Shown here in pieces: positions 38,737 through 48,896 of a DNA stretch of 64,000 bases (the first letter of the stretch is position 1; every line of letters begins with the position of its first letter). This stretch comes from a virus: the IMG/VR virus record IMGVR_UViG_3300025138_000014, positions 1 through 64,000 of that record. One strand, given 5' to 3'. Below the pieces are notes generated by a model that saw only the letters and a list, made by a program, of their open reading frames with translations, was not told where the DNA came from and did not search any database. The translations under genes were made by a program, and so were the position numbers.

Positions 38737-40781
38737 TGGCTTCGATAGTACGAATAAAAAGATCAGCAACGGGAGGCGATCCGGCCAGTCTTGCTACAGG
38801 CGAATTAGCATACTCAAATTTACAGTCAAATGTATCTGGCTCTAATGGTGGTGATAAACTCTATATCGGACACGGTGCCGAAAATGCTGGGAATGCAGCA
38901 GTTCATGAAGTCATCGGTGGTAAGTATTTTACCAGTAAGTTAGACCATGCGATTGGTGTTCTTACAGGATCATCTGCTATTCTTGTTGACTCTGATAAGA
39001 AAATTGACGTGTTAAATGTTGATAATTTAACCTTAAATTTAAACACTATATCATCAACAAATACTAATGGTAATATTAATCTTATTCCAAATGGCTCTGG
39101 AGAAGTAGTTGCTGCAAATCTTAAAGTTAGTGACCTAACAGATAACAGAATTGTTATATCGGGTGCTGCTGGTAATATTGAAGATGACGCAACCTTTACT
39201 TTTGATGGCCAAACTTTAACAGTCGGTTCTACTACTATTGAAAAAGGTAGTACAGGAATTAATACTACAGGTCTTGAAGCTGACTCGGCTACTATAGGCA
39301 ACTTCACTCTTACATCTGGTACTTTTGGTACTGCTAAAGTTACTGATCTAACAAATAATAGAATTGTTATTGCTGGTGCATCAGGAGAACTTGAAGATGA
39401 TGCAAATCTAACATTTGACGGTAGTACATTTACAGTTAATACTACTACAATAAATCAAACAGGTTCTACAATAAATCAAACAGGTTCTGTTAATATTACT
39501 GGAGACTTGGACGTTGATAATCTTAATATCAACGGAAATAAAATTATTTCTACAAACACTAATGGAAATATTGAACTTGAACCTAACGGTTTAGGCTCTA
39601 TTGAAGTATTTGGTGCAGAAATTAAACAGGTTGGTAATGCTACTGATTCCGCCGATGCAGTTAATCTAAACACTTTAAATCAATATAATAACGCACAGAC
39701 ATTTAATTTTAGAGATGACGCAAACGATTCTGATGCTCTTATTATTAATAGTGAGATGTTTAATTTTATTGGTGGTACTGGTCTTACAACCTCTAAGGGT
39801 AATAATACAATTACCCACACACTCGACAATACTGCAGTATCAGCTGGCTCATATGGTAATGCTACAAACATTCCATCTTTTACTGTTGACGCACAAGGTA
39901 GATTAACAGCTGCTTCACAGACTTCAGTTGCTACAACATTAAATCTTACAGCTGATTCTGCCAGTACCGGTGCAGTTTCTATTCTTACCCAAGGACTAAA
40001 AATTATAGGTGGAGAAGGGCTAGATGTTAATGTAGCCAATCAACAATTTGTAATATCAGGTGAAAATGCAGCTTATGCTAATAAAGGTATTGCATCATTT
40101 GATAATACTGACTTTACAGTAACCAATGGTGCGGTTGCAGTAAATGCTACTACTCTCGGTTCTACAGCAATTAATCCGGGTCAAACAACTACAGCTATTG
40201 CAGGAATGACCCAACTAGATGTTGATAATGTAAGATTAGACGGAAATATAATCTCTACAACTGACTCAGCAGCATCTGTCATGTTCCTAGACCCAGGTAA
40301 TAATAATGCGGTTGCAGGTAAAGTTGTTATCAGAGGTGACTTGCAGATTGACGGTGTGACTACAACTGTTAATTCTACAACACTAGCTGTAGCCGATAAG
40401 AATATTGTACTAGCAGATGGCGCTGCTGATTCAGCCGCTTCTGATGGGGCAGGACTTACAGTTGAAGGTTCGGGTGCTAGCATTATATATAATTCTGGTA
40501 CTAATGCATGGGATATGAATCGCCATGTAAATATTACATCAGGTCACGATTTCAAGATCGGTGGAGTTGGGTTTGATGAGCGTGTAGATGATCGACTAAA
40601 TAGTTTACTGCTAGCAGGTGAAGCTATAGACTTGGTATATAATGATGGATCAAACTCTTTAACTATTTCATCAGAAACGGCGACAGCTTCAAATCTTGGT
40701 GTTTCTAAATTCAATACAGCAAACTTTGCAATTGCTTCTGGAGATGTTACAGTGACTGAGATTAATGGCGGAACATACTAA
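38736..40781 (+). CDS. tail fibre protein (681 aa)
   Basis: 'IKRS....P..L..GELAY', 'AGSYG....IP..TVDAQGR.T', duplicated 'DLT.NRIVI.GA.G..EDDA..TFDG', ends 'INGGTY'. Confidence 0.8.
   Translation: MASIVRIKRSATGGDPASLATGELAYSNLQSNVSGSNGGDKLYIGHGAENAGNAAVHEVIGGKYFTSKLDHAIGVLTGSSAILVDSDKKIDVLNVDNLTLNLNTISSTNTNGNINLIPNGSGEVVAANLKVSDLTDNRIVISGAAGNIEDDATFTFDGQTLTVGSTTIEKGSTGINTTGLEADSATIGNFTLTSGTFGTAKVTDLTNNRIVIAGASGELEDDANLTFDGSTFTVNTTTINQTGSTINQTGSVNITGDLDVDNLNINGNKIISTNTNGNIELEPNGLGSIEVFGAEIKQVGNATDSADAVNLNTLNQYNNAQTFNFRDDANDSDALIINSEMFNFIGGTGLTTSKGNNTITHTLDNTAVSAGSYGNATNIPSFTVDAQGRLTAASQTSVATTLNLTADSASTGAVSILTQGLKIIGGEGLDVNVANQQFVISGENAAYANKGIASFDNTDFTVTNGAVAVNATTLGSTAINPGQTTTAIAGMTQLDVDNVRLDGNIISTTDSAASVMFLDPGNNNAVAGKVVIRGDLQIDGVTTTVNSTTLAVADKNIVLADGAADSAASDGAGLTVEGSGASIIYNSGTNAWDMNRHVNITSGHDFKIGGVGFDERVDDRLNSLLLAGEAIDLVYNDGSNSLTISSETATASNLGVSKFNTANFAIASGDVTVTEINGGTY
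39445..39488 (+). repeat. perfect 21-bp tandem duplication (TINQTGS x2) in fibre gene
   Basis: CTACAATAAATCAAACAGGTT repeated twice. Confidence 0.9.
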
Positions 40782-40824
40782 ACTAGATTTATTAATCTGG
40801 TTAATACTTTTTTAAGGACGAATT

Positions 40825-43062
40825 ATGGCAACTAACATTATCCATAAGAAAAGTTCGGTTGCAGGAAAACAACCGAACGATAGTAGCGACCTAGTTTATG
40901 GCGAACTAGCTATTAACTATCAGGATGGTTACTTATACTATAAAGATACCTCTAATACAATTAGGAAATTTATGGATTCTGCTAAAACGCAGGGTCTTAT
41001 TGATAATGAATTAAATTCATTTGTAACTCCTACAGCCAGAGCGGCTATCTCTGTAGTATCTAATGGAACTGACGGATCCCTAGCTTATAACAATTCTACT
41101 GGTGTAATTACTTACACTGGAATTATTGACTCAGATGTTCGTTCAAGATTAAGTGCCACCGGAGATATTGCATACAATCAATCGACTGGTGTTTTCTCGG
41201 CCACAACTTACAAAACTGCTAATCATGATTCTGACTTTAATATAAGCCTTGCCACCAAAACAACAGCAAATCTAGCTGAAAACACAAATCTTTATTTTAC
41301 TAATACAAGAGCAGATGCCAGAGTACAAGCAGTACACCCAAATACTGGTAGTTTATCAGAAGGTTCAAATTTATATTATACTGATGCTAGAGCAGATGCC
41401 AGAGTACAAACAAGACTTGGTTCAAATCTAAAACTTGGTGATTCTGCTGGAAACTTTAATTATGTTTACCCTCAAACATTCGAAGGTTTATCGTGGAATC
41501 AAAATGCGCAACATGGGGATTCTAATCATACAGTTTATCATTTTGGTGGAGATTCATCTAGGGATACTATAGTATCTGTTGGTAAAAATGATCAATTTAA
41601 TCACGCAATCGGCGTTAAGGGAACAGCCGCAGCCAATGATTTTATTATCGGCTTTGATGGGCACGCAACTAATTTTAGAATCCAGAAAACAGTAGGATCA
41701 ACATATGATCTATCAGCTGGAACCGATGTTTTCTCAATCGACTCAGAAGGTCGTGCTAATATTCCATCAGCTCAAGCAGCTACTAATAAAACTACAGGTG
41801 CGCTAGTAATTGCAGGTGGTCTCGGTGTAAGCGGAGATATTAAAGCATCAGATATTGAAACTTCTGGGAATGTTCAAGCACAAGGTAGTTTTATTGGTAA
41901 CGTAACCGGCCAAATTTCTACTTTATCAAATCATAATACAGGCGCTTTAGCTGAAGGAACTAATCTTTATTATCTAAAGTCAAGAGCAGACTCAGATATT
42001 GATTCCGCTTTTGATAGTAGAAATACTGGAGGTCTATCTGAAGGATCCAATCTTTATTATACAACAGCACGAGCCGACTCAGATGCTAAAAACGCAATAT
42101 CTGTAGTAGATGGTGGTGGCGATGGAGCACTAAGTTATAATGCAGCAACTGGGGTTATATCTTACACAGGTCCAACCCCTGCGCAAACTAGAGCACATTT
42201 ATCTGGTGGAACAGGTGTAAGTCTTGCTAGCAATGGTGCTATTAGTATCGGACAAGCAGTTGGAGTTACTGACTCAGCTACACTAGGTGGTTTAGGTGTG
42301 AACGGCGATGTTCAAATCTTTGGCGACTTATTTGTTAGCGGATCCCAAGTTCAAACAGCTTCATCTACTTTATCCATTAACAGTTCAATGATTAGACTAG
42401 CTGATTCCAATACAGCAGATACTGTTGATATTGGTATTATCGGTAGATATTCAGAGGACGGCGGAACAACTATTAAAAGAACTGGTTTTATTCGTGATGC
42501 ATCAAACGGTGAATTTTATGTATTTGATGGATTAGTTCAAGACGGTATTGATAGTGGTGCAGAGTTTGACCAAACTGTTAATGTTGGTGGTACAGGTTGG
42601 AATTTACCAATTTGGAACTTTGGTGGACTTAGAGGGCAATACTTAGGATTTGATTCAGACTTTAGAGTATTTCAATCTGACTATAAAGTAAAAACTGCAA
42701 ATTATACAGCAGTAGCTGGAGACAGATTAGCAATCAATACATCAGGGGGAGCATTTACCGTAACTCTTCCAGCTAGCCCTGTAACAGGAAACACAGTTCG
42801 CTTTATAGATATAGGCAACTGGAATAATACAAATTATTTAGACGTTGCTAGAAATGGTAATACTATTGAAGGAGCGGCAGATAATTTTAGACTCGACATC
42901 GGACAGAATACAGTCGATTTTATCTTTATAAATAGTACATGGAACGTGTATGCGGCAATAGGACAAGTTGGACCAACAGGGCCACAAGGTGCAGCAGGCA
43001 TAAACGCAGACAGCGATACACTTAACCAAAATGCAATAGCATATGCAATAGCCTTAGGATAG
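40825..43062 (+). CDS. tail fibre protein (745 aa)
   Basis: 'GELAINY.DG.LYYK', four 'L(A/S)E.(S/T)NLY(Y/F)...RAD' repeats, short collagen GQVGPTGPQGAAGIN, ends 'AIAYAIALG'. Confidence 0.8.
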   Translation: MATNIIHKKSSVAGKQPNDSSDLVYGELAINYQDGYLYYKDTSNTIRKFMDSAKTQGLIDNELNSFVTPTARAAISVVSNGTDGSLAYNNSTGVITYTGIIDSDVRSRLSATGDIAYNQSTGVFSATTYKTANHDSDFNISLATKTTANLAENTNLYFTNTRADARVQAVHPNTGSLSEGSNLYYTDARADARVQTRLGSNLKLGDSAGNFNYVYPQTFEGLSWNQNAQHGDSNHTVYHFGGDSSRDTIVSVGKNDQFNHAIGVKGTAAANDFIIGFDGHATNFRIQKTVGSTYDLSAGTDVFSIDSEGRANIPSAQAATNKTTGALVIAGGLGVSGDIKASDIETSGNVQAQGSFIGNVTGQISTLSNHNTGALAEGTNLYYLKSRADSDIDSAFDSRNTGGLSEGSNLYYTTARADSDAKNAISVVDGGGDGALSYNAATGVISYTGPTPAQTRAHLSGGTGVSLASNGAISIGQAVGVTDSATLGGLGVNGDVQIFGDLFVSGSQVQTASSTLSINSSMIRLADSNTADTVDIGIIGRYSEDGGTTIKRTGFIRDASNGEFYVFDGLVQDGIDSGAEFDQTVNVGGTGWNLPIWNFGGLRGQYLGFDSDFRVFQSDYKVKTANYTAVAGDRLAINTSGGAFTVTLPASPVTGNTVRFIDIGNWNNTNYLDVARNGNTIEGAADNFRLDIGQNTVDFIFINSTWNVYAAIGQVGPTGPQGAAGINADSDTLNQNAIAYAIALG

Positions 43063-43065
43063 AAA

Positions 43066-46014
43066 ATGGGAAAAAAACTAATACGTGATTATGTGTACGC
43101 ACCAGGTAATGCGGGAGCAGGAACAGTTCAGATACCTGGAACTTACAGTATGGACCAGATACTAATCATTACCAACGTAACAGATAATGTTGTAATCTAC
43201 AATTTTGCTTCAACTGAACATGCAGGTACAACTGTTACAGTAACAAATGCAAATACAGCCGCAGATGGGCATTGGGCCCATATAATGGAAATAGCAAATG
43301 GTTTTACTACTATCACTCTTGCTAAAAGTACAGCAGGGCAATCCGCTTCTGATGCTCTTCAAATATTTGTAGAGGACTCAGAAGGTGATATGGTTGTCAG
43401 ACCGTATAACTTTGGTACAGATGCTATTGAACGAATGCGTGTATCTCTTCCAGAGTCAATGATTGACGCAGACTTTGAGTACGGATTGCAGCCTACTAAA
43501 TGGGCTGGTTATGGTACTATTAAAGGTTACCCTTCTGTTTATTCTACCGAAGGCGTTGATCTTGATACTACAGCAGTTACAACTGATTATAATACAGGAT
43601 CATCCACAAACTCATTAATCACAGTTACATTTGGATCAGCTCATGGTTTATCTGTTAATGATGTTGTTAATGTAACTGGCTTAGATTCTGGGGTCCCAGG
43701 TTTCTCAAGAGCAGATGGTTCATTTCTAGTCGAGACAGTTGTTAGCAGTACAGTAATTAAATACTTTGCACGTGGTATTGTTGGCAGCAGTAATAATCAA
43801 TCATTATATACAGAAGAAACTTTAACAAAACTCGGAGGCATTTATGCAGGCGCATCTATCCCAGTTCAAAGTGCATCTTCAAACGGTGCTAACCCTAGTG
43901 TAATTACACTAACTTTTGCTAATCCACACGGACTTATCCCTGGTACAAATATTCATACATCAGTTGCGTCTGGTACTAACAAAGAGGAAGCCTCAGGGCC
44001 TTTCTTTATTAAATCGGTACCAACAGAGACAACATTTACATATACTGCACGAGGGGGTGCAGTAGTCGGCAGTCCAGCAACTGTTACACTCTTTGCTCTT
44101 TCTAATGCTACAATTCTTCACAGACCTGCTGATGGCGGAGTTATTCTACAAACAAAAACACCAACATATGCAGCTTCGGTTGTTCGTGTTAGTAAACGAT
44201 ATTTCAGGTATCAGTCTGGTAAGGGATTCCTATTCTCAACTGGTACATTAATGAAACCTAACTATGATATTAGAAGCATTTCAGCTGCTGGTACAGGCGT
44301 AGGACAATTAATTACTATCGGTACAGATGAGATTGATCACGGTCTACAACCCGGTGCTAAAGTTAGATTAGAAGGAATTGAAACTTCTGGATATGAAAAT
44401 ACTTATACGGTAAATTCTATTATAGATGATTACACATATACAGTTGCTGCTCTTGGAACTTTAGGATCTACAAACCCGGTACTCAAAAGAGTATGTACAA
44501 TGTATGTTACTGAGTGGCGTGGAGCAGCTGTTCGTGCAGGTATGTTTGATGATGTTAACGGAATTTTCTATGAGTTTGACGGAAAACAATTCTATGTTTG
44601 TAAAAGAAATTCAACTCAACAGATTTCTGGTACATTAGGAGTTACTGCTAACGGAAGTGCAGTTACAGGAGCCAATACTAGACTTACTGAACAATGTAAA
44701 GCTGGAGATAGAATTTCAATTCGTGGTATGATTCACTTCATTACTAAAGTTGCTTCAGATACTTCAATGTTTGTTACACCAGATTATCGTGGTATCACAG
44801 CCAGCGGTATCAAGGGAAGTATTGTTATTGACCACAAAGTTCCTCAATCACGCTGGAACATTGATAGAATGGATGGAACAGGTATTCACAATCCATCATT
44901 GCACACCCTTGATCTTAATAAAATGCAAATGGTTGGATTCCAATATTCATGGTATGGTGCTGGTTTCATTGACTTTATGATCCGTGGTCACGATGGCAAT
45001 TGGTGTTACATTCATAGAATGAAAAATAACAACATTAATAATGAAGCATTTATGAGGTCTGGTAACCTTCCAGTGAGATACTCTATTGAGAATGACTCAC
45101 CTGTTTCAAACCTAACTGCTTCGATTAACTCATCAGTCACGACTATTCCAATTGCAGAAATTAATGAGTTTGATGATACTGGTATTATTATGGTAGACAA
45201 CGAGATTATCTCATACACTGGAAGATCTGCTACAACTGGTCCAGCTAACTTTACAGGTTGTACAAGATCAGCTACTCTGACTCAATATCAACAAGGTAGT
45301 ACAAATAATCTTACTGCCGGAGCTGCAGCAAGTCACACAAATAAAACAGGTGTTATTGAGATTTCAAATACTTGTTCTCCAACACTATCACACTGGGGAT
45401 CTGCCCTAGTTATTGATGGAGACTTTGACTTTGATCGTGGTTATATCTTTAATTACTCAAACTCACATAACACTAATTCAGACCAGATTGTTACAACTCC
45501 AATTACATCGTTTGTAATTAGACTTGCGCCTTCGGTATCTAACTCATCAGTGGGTAGACTTGGAGCCAAGGACCTTCTCAATAGATCGCAGTTACTTCTT
45601 AAAGAATGTGCTGTTGTGTGTGGGCGTGGTTCATCATCATCCGGTGAGGTTCATATTCAAGGTATTATTAATCCTAAGAACTTCTCAGATGCTACATGGA
45701 AAGGTCTATCAGGATCTGCAGAAGGTGGTCAACCTAGTTTTGCTGAAGTTGCTAATAAAAATGATATTACATGGAGTAGTGGTTCATATGCGCAACCAGG
45801 AGAAAGAGTTTTCTCATTCGTTGCTGGTACAAGTAGACAAGACTCAGTTGTTACTACTGCTGATATTGATCAGCTTAAAGAATTATCAGGTGCTCCTCTA
45901 GGAGGAGATTATCAGTTCCCAGATGGGCCAGATGTTCTAGCAGTTAATGCATTCTGTTTATCAGGTGATGTTAAAGCGTCTATCCAGCTTCGCTGGTCTG
46001 AAGCACAAGCATAA
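43066..46014 (+). CDS. large virion structural protein (982 aa)
   Basis: 'RMRVS.PESMIDADFEYGLQPTKW', repeated 'IT.T....HGL..G' beta units, 'RYFRYQSGKG', 'YSWYGAG'. Confidence 0.75.
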   Translation: MGKKLIRDYVYAPGNAGAGTVQIPGTYSMDQILIITNVTDNVVIYNFASTEHAGTTVTVTNANTAADGHWAHIMEIANGFTTITLAKSTAGQSASDALQIFVEDSEGDMVVRPYNFGTDAIERMRVSLPESMIDADFEYGLQPTKWAGYGTIKGYPSVYSTEGVDLDTTAVTTDYNTGSSTNSLITVTFGSAHGLSVNDVVNVTGLDSGVPGFSRADGSFLVETVVSSTVIKYFARGIVGSSNNQSLYTEETLTKLGGIYAGASIPVQSASSNGANPSVITLTFANPHGLIPGTNIHTSVASGTNKEEASGPFFIKSVPTETTFTYTARGGAVVGSPATVTLFALSNATILHRPADGGVILQTKTPTYAASVVRVSKRYFRYQSGKGFLFSTGTLMKPNYDIRSISAAGTGVGQLITIGTDEIDHGLQPGAKVRLEGIETSGYENTYTVNSIIDDYTYTVAALGTLGSTNPVLKRVCTMYVTEWRGAAVRAGMFDDVNGIFYEFDGKQFYVCKRNSTQQISGTLGVTANGSAVTGANTRLTEQCKAGDRISIRGMIHFITKVASDTSMFVTPDYRGITASGIKGSIVIDHKVPQSRWNIDRMDGTGIHNPSLHTLDLNKMQMVGFQYSWYGAGFIDFMIRGHDGNWCYIHRMKNNNINNEAFMRSGNLPVRYSIENDSPVSNLTASINSSVTTIPIAEINEFDDTGIIMVDNEIISYTGRSATTGPANFTGCTRSATLTQYQQGSTNNLTAGAAASHTNKTGVIEISNTCSPTLSHWGSALVIDGDFDFDRGYIFNYSNSHNTNSDQIVTTPITSFVIRLAPSVSNSSVGRLGAKDLLNRSQLLLKECAVVCGRGSSSSGEVHIQGIINPKNFSDATWKGLSGSAEGGQPSFAEVANKNDITWSSGSYAQPGERVFSFVAGTSRQDSVVTTADIDQLKELSGAPLGGDYQFPDGPDVLAVNAFCLSGDVKASIQLRWSEAQA

Positions 46015-46026
46015 GAAAGAAAAGAA

Positions 46027-48123
46027 ATGGTAACTAAACTCAGTACACATCTAAATACAAGCCTAGGTAATGTTGTACAAGGTGTAGACTCAGAAGATGT
46101 AATTACACTAATCGGCACCACAAAAGTAGCTGTTGACTCAGGTACTATTGGTAACTTTATTGCAACCATTTCACCAACTTCACCAAACCCTGGCATTGTT
46201 ATTACAGGATCTGGTTCAAACAGTGCAGCGGCTTTTCTAAGGTTAGATTCAGCCGTTGCAGTAACGAAAACTGGTACACAAACATTAACAAATAAAACAA
46301 TTAACCTTACTGCTAATACTTTGACTGGAACTGCAGCTCAATTTAATGCAGCTATGAGTAATGGTTCATTTGCTACTATCGGTGGAACAGAAACTTTAAC
46401 AGATAAAACTTTAACAAGTCCAGTAATTAACTCTGCAACAATTAATAATGGTACAGCAAATAATCTAGCAACACTTAGTTTAAGAGATGCTACAACTAAT
46501 ACTAAAAAACTTATAGTAACATCCAATGCCGCAAGCCCAGTTTTATCGGCTGATAGAACACTAACACTTGATGTTAACAATGCAGATAGAACATTATCAC
46601 TAATGGGTAATGTTACATTAGGCGGAGCATTAACTACATCAGGCGCTCACGCAACAACATTTACTACAGGCGGAACAACCGCACTTACTTTGCCAACATC
46701 TGGTACAGTTGTTACAAAAGATTCAGCTGGTGGAACAATCTCAGCTAACTATTTTATTGGTAATGGTGCACAGTTAACAGGTGTTGCTTCAGGCGATATC
46801 GTAGCTGATACTACTCCACAATTAGGAGGAGATTTAGATGCAAACGGAAACAATATTCTATTAGACAATGCTACAAAAATTAGTTTTGGTTCAGACACAC
46901 TTCAAGTAAAAACTGATGGAAGTAGTAATAGTATTATTCAAGGTTCCAGTACAACATACCTCAGAGGCAGTAGTGTTAATATCGGATCAAATGGCGGCAG
47001 TGGAGGATATCCAAATACAATACTTGTAACTGGAAACACAAGTACAAGTCACGTTGAAATGCTTTATGGCACAAGTAAAAAGTTTGAAACAACCAGTACA
47101 GGTGTTACAGTAACAGGTAATATAACTGTATCTGGTACAGTTGATGGTGTAGATGTTCTAACAATTGGTAATAAAGTAAATGGTATTGAAGCATCAGCTG
47201 ATGTTACAGATGCTACTAATGTTGGAACATCTCTTACAGCATTTAGCACATCAACAGATGATGCGCCAGGAGATTTAATTCCAGTCTATGATGTTTCAGC
47301 TAGTGCTTGGAAAAAGATGACTATTGCTAATGCGGCTCTTGGTGGAGCCCAAGGTAACAAAGGTCAAAAAGGTGAAGTAGGTGGAGACGGTGGAGCGGGT
47401 AGTAAAGGACAAAAAGGTGAAGTCGGCGGAGACGGTGGAGCGGGTAGTAAAGGCCAAAAAGGCGAAGTAGGTGGCACAGGTGGAGCAGGTGGAGCGGGTA
47501 GTAAAGGACAAAAAGGTGAAGTAGGAACATTTGGTGGCGGAAACATCACAATAACCAACCAAGCAATTTTATCTAATGCGTCATCTAACTGGACAGGTGA
47601 TCCAGGCACCCAAGGTAAAATTCAGTACCACTCAAATAGATGGTATATTGTTTCAGACCAATCTTCAGACAGAATTGTTCAGTTTAGAAGAAATGGAACA
47701 GATGTGTCATATGTAGATAACTCAGGTGTGTATCAGGGTACAGCAACGTCAGCAAATTGGTCTGACTTAGCGGAGAAATATAAAGCAGATGCAGTTTATG
47801 AAGCAGGTGATTTAGTAGGTATCGGCGGAGCTGAAGAGATTACTAAATACACTAAAGATATGCCATTTGCTGGAGTTATATCGGAAAAACCTGGCGTGAG
47901 AATGAATTGCAATGAAGAAAATATGGATGATCCACTATGGCCATATGTTTGTTTAAAAGGTCGTGTTCCAGTTAAGATTAATGGAACAGCAATTAAAGGC
48001 GATTATATTATTACAGACGATAATGGAAAAGCAAAGTCTAGCAAAGTTAAGCCAGATGATTTAAGTCTGCTTATCGGCATTGCTCTTGAAGATGGGACAG
48101 ACGAGGTAGAGGTTAAAATTTAA
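46027..48123 (+). CDS. tail fibre with collagen-like tract and C-terminal chaperone/autocleavage-like domain
   Basis: 'TLTNKT' repeats, 'DTTPQLGGDLD', Gly-X-Y tract, C-terminal 'WSDLAEKY...CLKGRVPV.....KGD...IGIALE'. Confidence 0.82.
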   Translation: MVTKLSTHLNTSLGNVVQGVDSEDVITLIGTTKVAVDSGTIGNFIATISPTSPNPGIVITGSGSNSAAAFLRLDSAVAVTKTGTQTLTNKTINLTANTLTGTAAQFNAAMSNGSFATIGGTETLTDKTLTSPVINSATINNGTANNLATLSLRDATTNTKKLIVTSNAASPVLSADRTLTLDVNNADRTLSLMGNVTLGGALTTSGAHATTFTTGGTTALTLPTSGTVVTKDSAGGTISANYFIGNGAQLTGVASGDIVADTTPQLGGDLDANGNNILLDNATKISFGSDTLQVKTDGSSNSIIQGSSTTYLRGSSVNIGSNGGSGGYPNTILVTGNTSTSHVEMLYGTSKKFETTSTGVTVTGNITVSGTVDGVDVLTIGNKVNGIEASADVTDATNVGTSLTAFSTSTDDAPGDLIPVYDVSASAWKKMTIANAALGGAQGNKGQKGEVGGDGGAGSKGQKGEVGGDGGAGSKGQKGEVGGTGGAGGAGSKGQKGEVGTFGGGNITITNQAILSNASSNWTGDPGTQGKIQYHSNRWYIVSDQSSDRIVQFRRNGTDVSYVDNSGVYQGTATSANWSDLAEKYKADAVYEAGDLVGIGGAEEITKYTKDMPFAGVISEKPGVRMNCNEENMDDPLWPYVCLKGRVPVKINGTAIKGDYIITDDNGKAKSSKVKPDDLSLLIGIALEDGTDEVEVKI
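47344..47541 (+). repeat. collagen-like Gly-X-Y tract, about 22 triplets, built from imperfect 45-bp tandem units
   Basis: GAQ GNK GQK GEV GGD GGA GSK GQK GEV GGD GGA GSK GQK GEV GGT GGA GGA GSK GQK GEV GTF GGG. Confidence 0.92.
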
Positions 48124-48510
48124 ATGCCCGATTATAATACACTAGATGCTTCACTACAAGCAAAAGCGGGTGGGGCACTGAGAACTTTTGATAAAACTAT
48201 GACTTTTACTGTAACTGCATATGTATTACAATCAGTTACTACTACTCAAGCAGGCCCTACAAGCACACTTGGCGTTACTCAAAGATTTGAATTTACAGGT
48301 GCTGCCGATTCACTTTACGACGATTATCTTGACTCTGGTATTTACACTGGGGCACGTATATATTCTCAAGATGTTATTGACTCAATTTCTAATACAATAC
48401 AAAGAACTGTAGATCAGATAGAAAGTCGAATCACTGATAGATCAATCTCAGCTTTAATTTGCCACAATAGTTGTCATACTAGCTGCCATACTTCAAGAGG
48501 GCGCAGATAA
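48124..48510 (+). CDS. CHxS-repeat-tailed protein B1 (128 aa), putative radical SAM substrate/precursor
   Basis: Ends CHNSCHTSCHTSRGRR*; starts immediately after fibre stop (TAAATG). Confidence 0.85.
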   Translation: MPDYNTLDASLQAKAGGALRTFDKTMTFTVTAYVLQSVTTTQAGPTSTLGVTQRFEFTGAADSLYDDYLDSGIYTGARIYSQDVIDSISNTIQRTVDQIESRITDRSISALICHNSCHTSCHTSRGRR

Positions 48511-48896
48511 TGGGAAATATGACGAGAGACAGTGTCGACTCTTATATCCAAACTTATTCTGGAGCGAAGTTAAGAACATTTGACAAAACTATTACTATAA
48601 CAACTACAGCATATCAGAATAACAATCCCACTGCTATGGGTGGAACAGGTACTAATACTACGACACATAGGTTTGAATATACAGGTGCTGCCGATTCACT
48701 ATTCGATAACTATATTGATGGAGGTATCGCAGTGGGCCAAAGAGTTTATGCGCAAGATATTGTAGACACTTTAGAGGATGCAGTACAAAGAACAGTTGAT
48801 TTGATTGAAAGTCGAATTGATAACAGATCTATCAGCGCAGCGTTATGTCACAGTAGTTGTCATACAAGCTGTCACACATCGAGAGGAAGACGCTAA
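48510..48896 (+). CDS. CHxS-repeat-tailed protein B2 (128 aa), tandem paralog of B1
   Basis: Ends CHSSCHTSCHTSRGRR*; shares 'LRTFDKT', 'RFE.TGAADSL.D.Y.D.GI', 'QRTVD.IESRI..RSISA' with B1. Confidence 0.85.
   Translation: MGNMTRDSVDSYIQTYSGAKLRTFDKTITITTTAYQNNNPTAMGGTGTNTTTHRFEYTGAADSLFDNYIDGGIAVGQRVYAQDIVDTLEDAVQRTVDLIESRIDNRSISAALCHSSCHTSCHTSRGRR

Noticed and set aside
42927-42934. Additional TATAAATA inside coding sequence
   Set aside because: Intragenic and expected by chance in AT-rich DNA; not called.
47344-47541. 45-bp tandem repeats as a CRISPR array or VNTR element
   Set aside because: There are no unique spacers; the repeats are in-frame collagen coding with synonymous variation.
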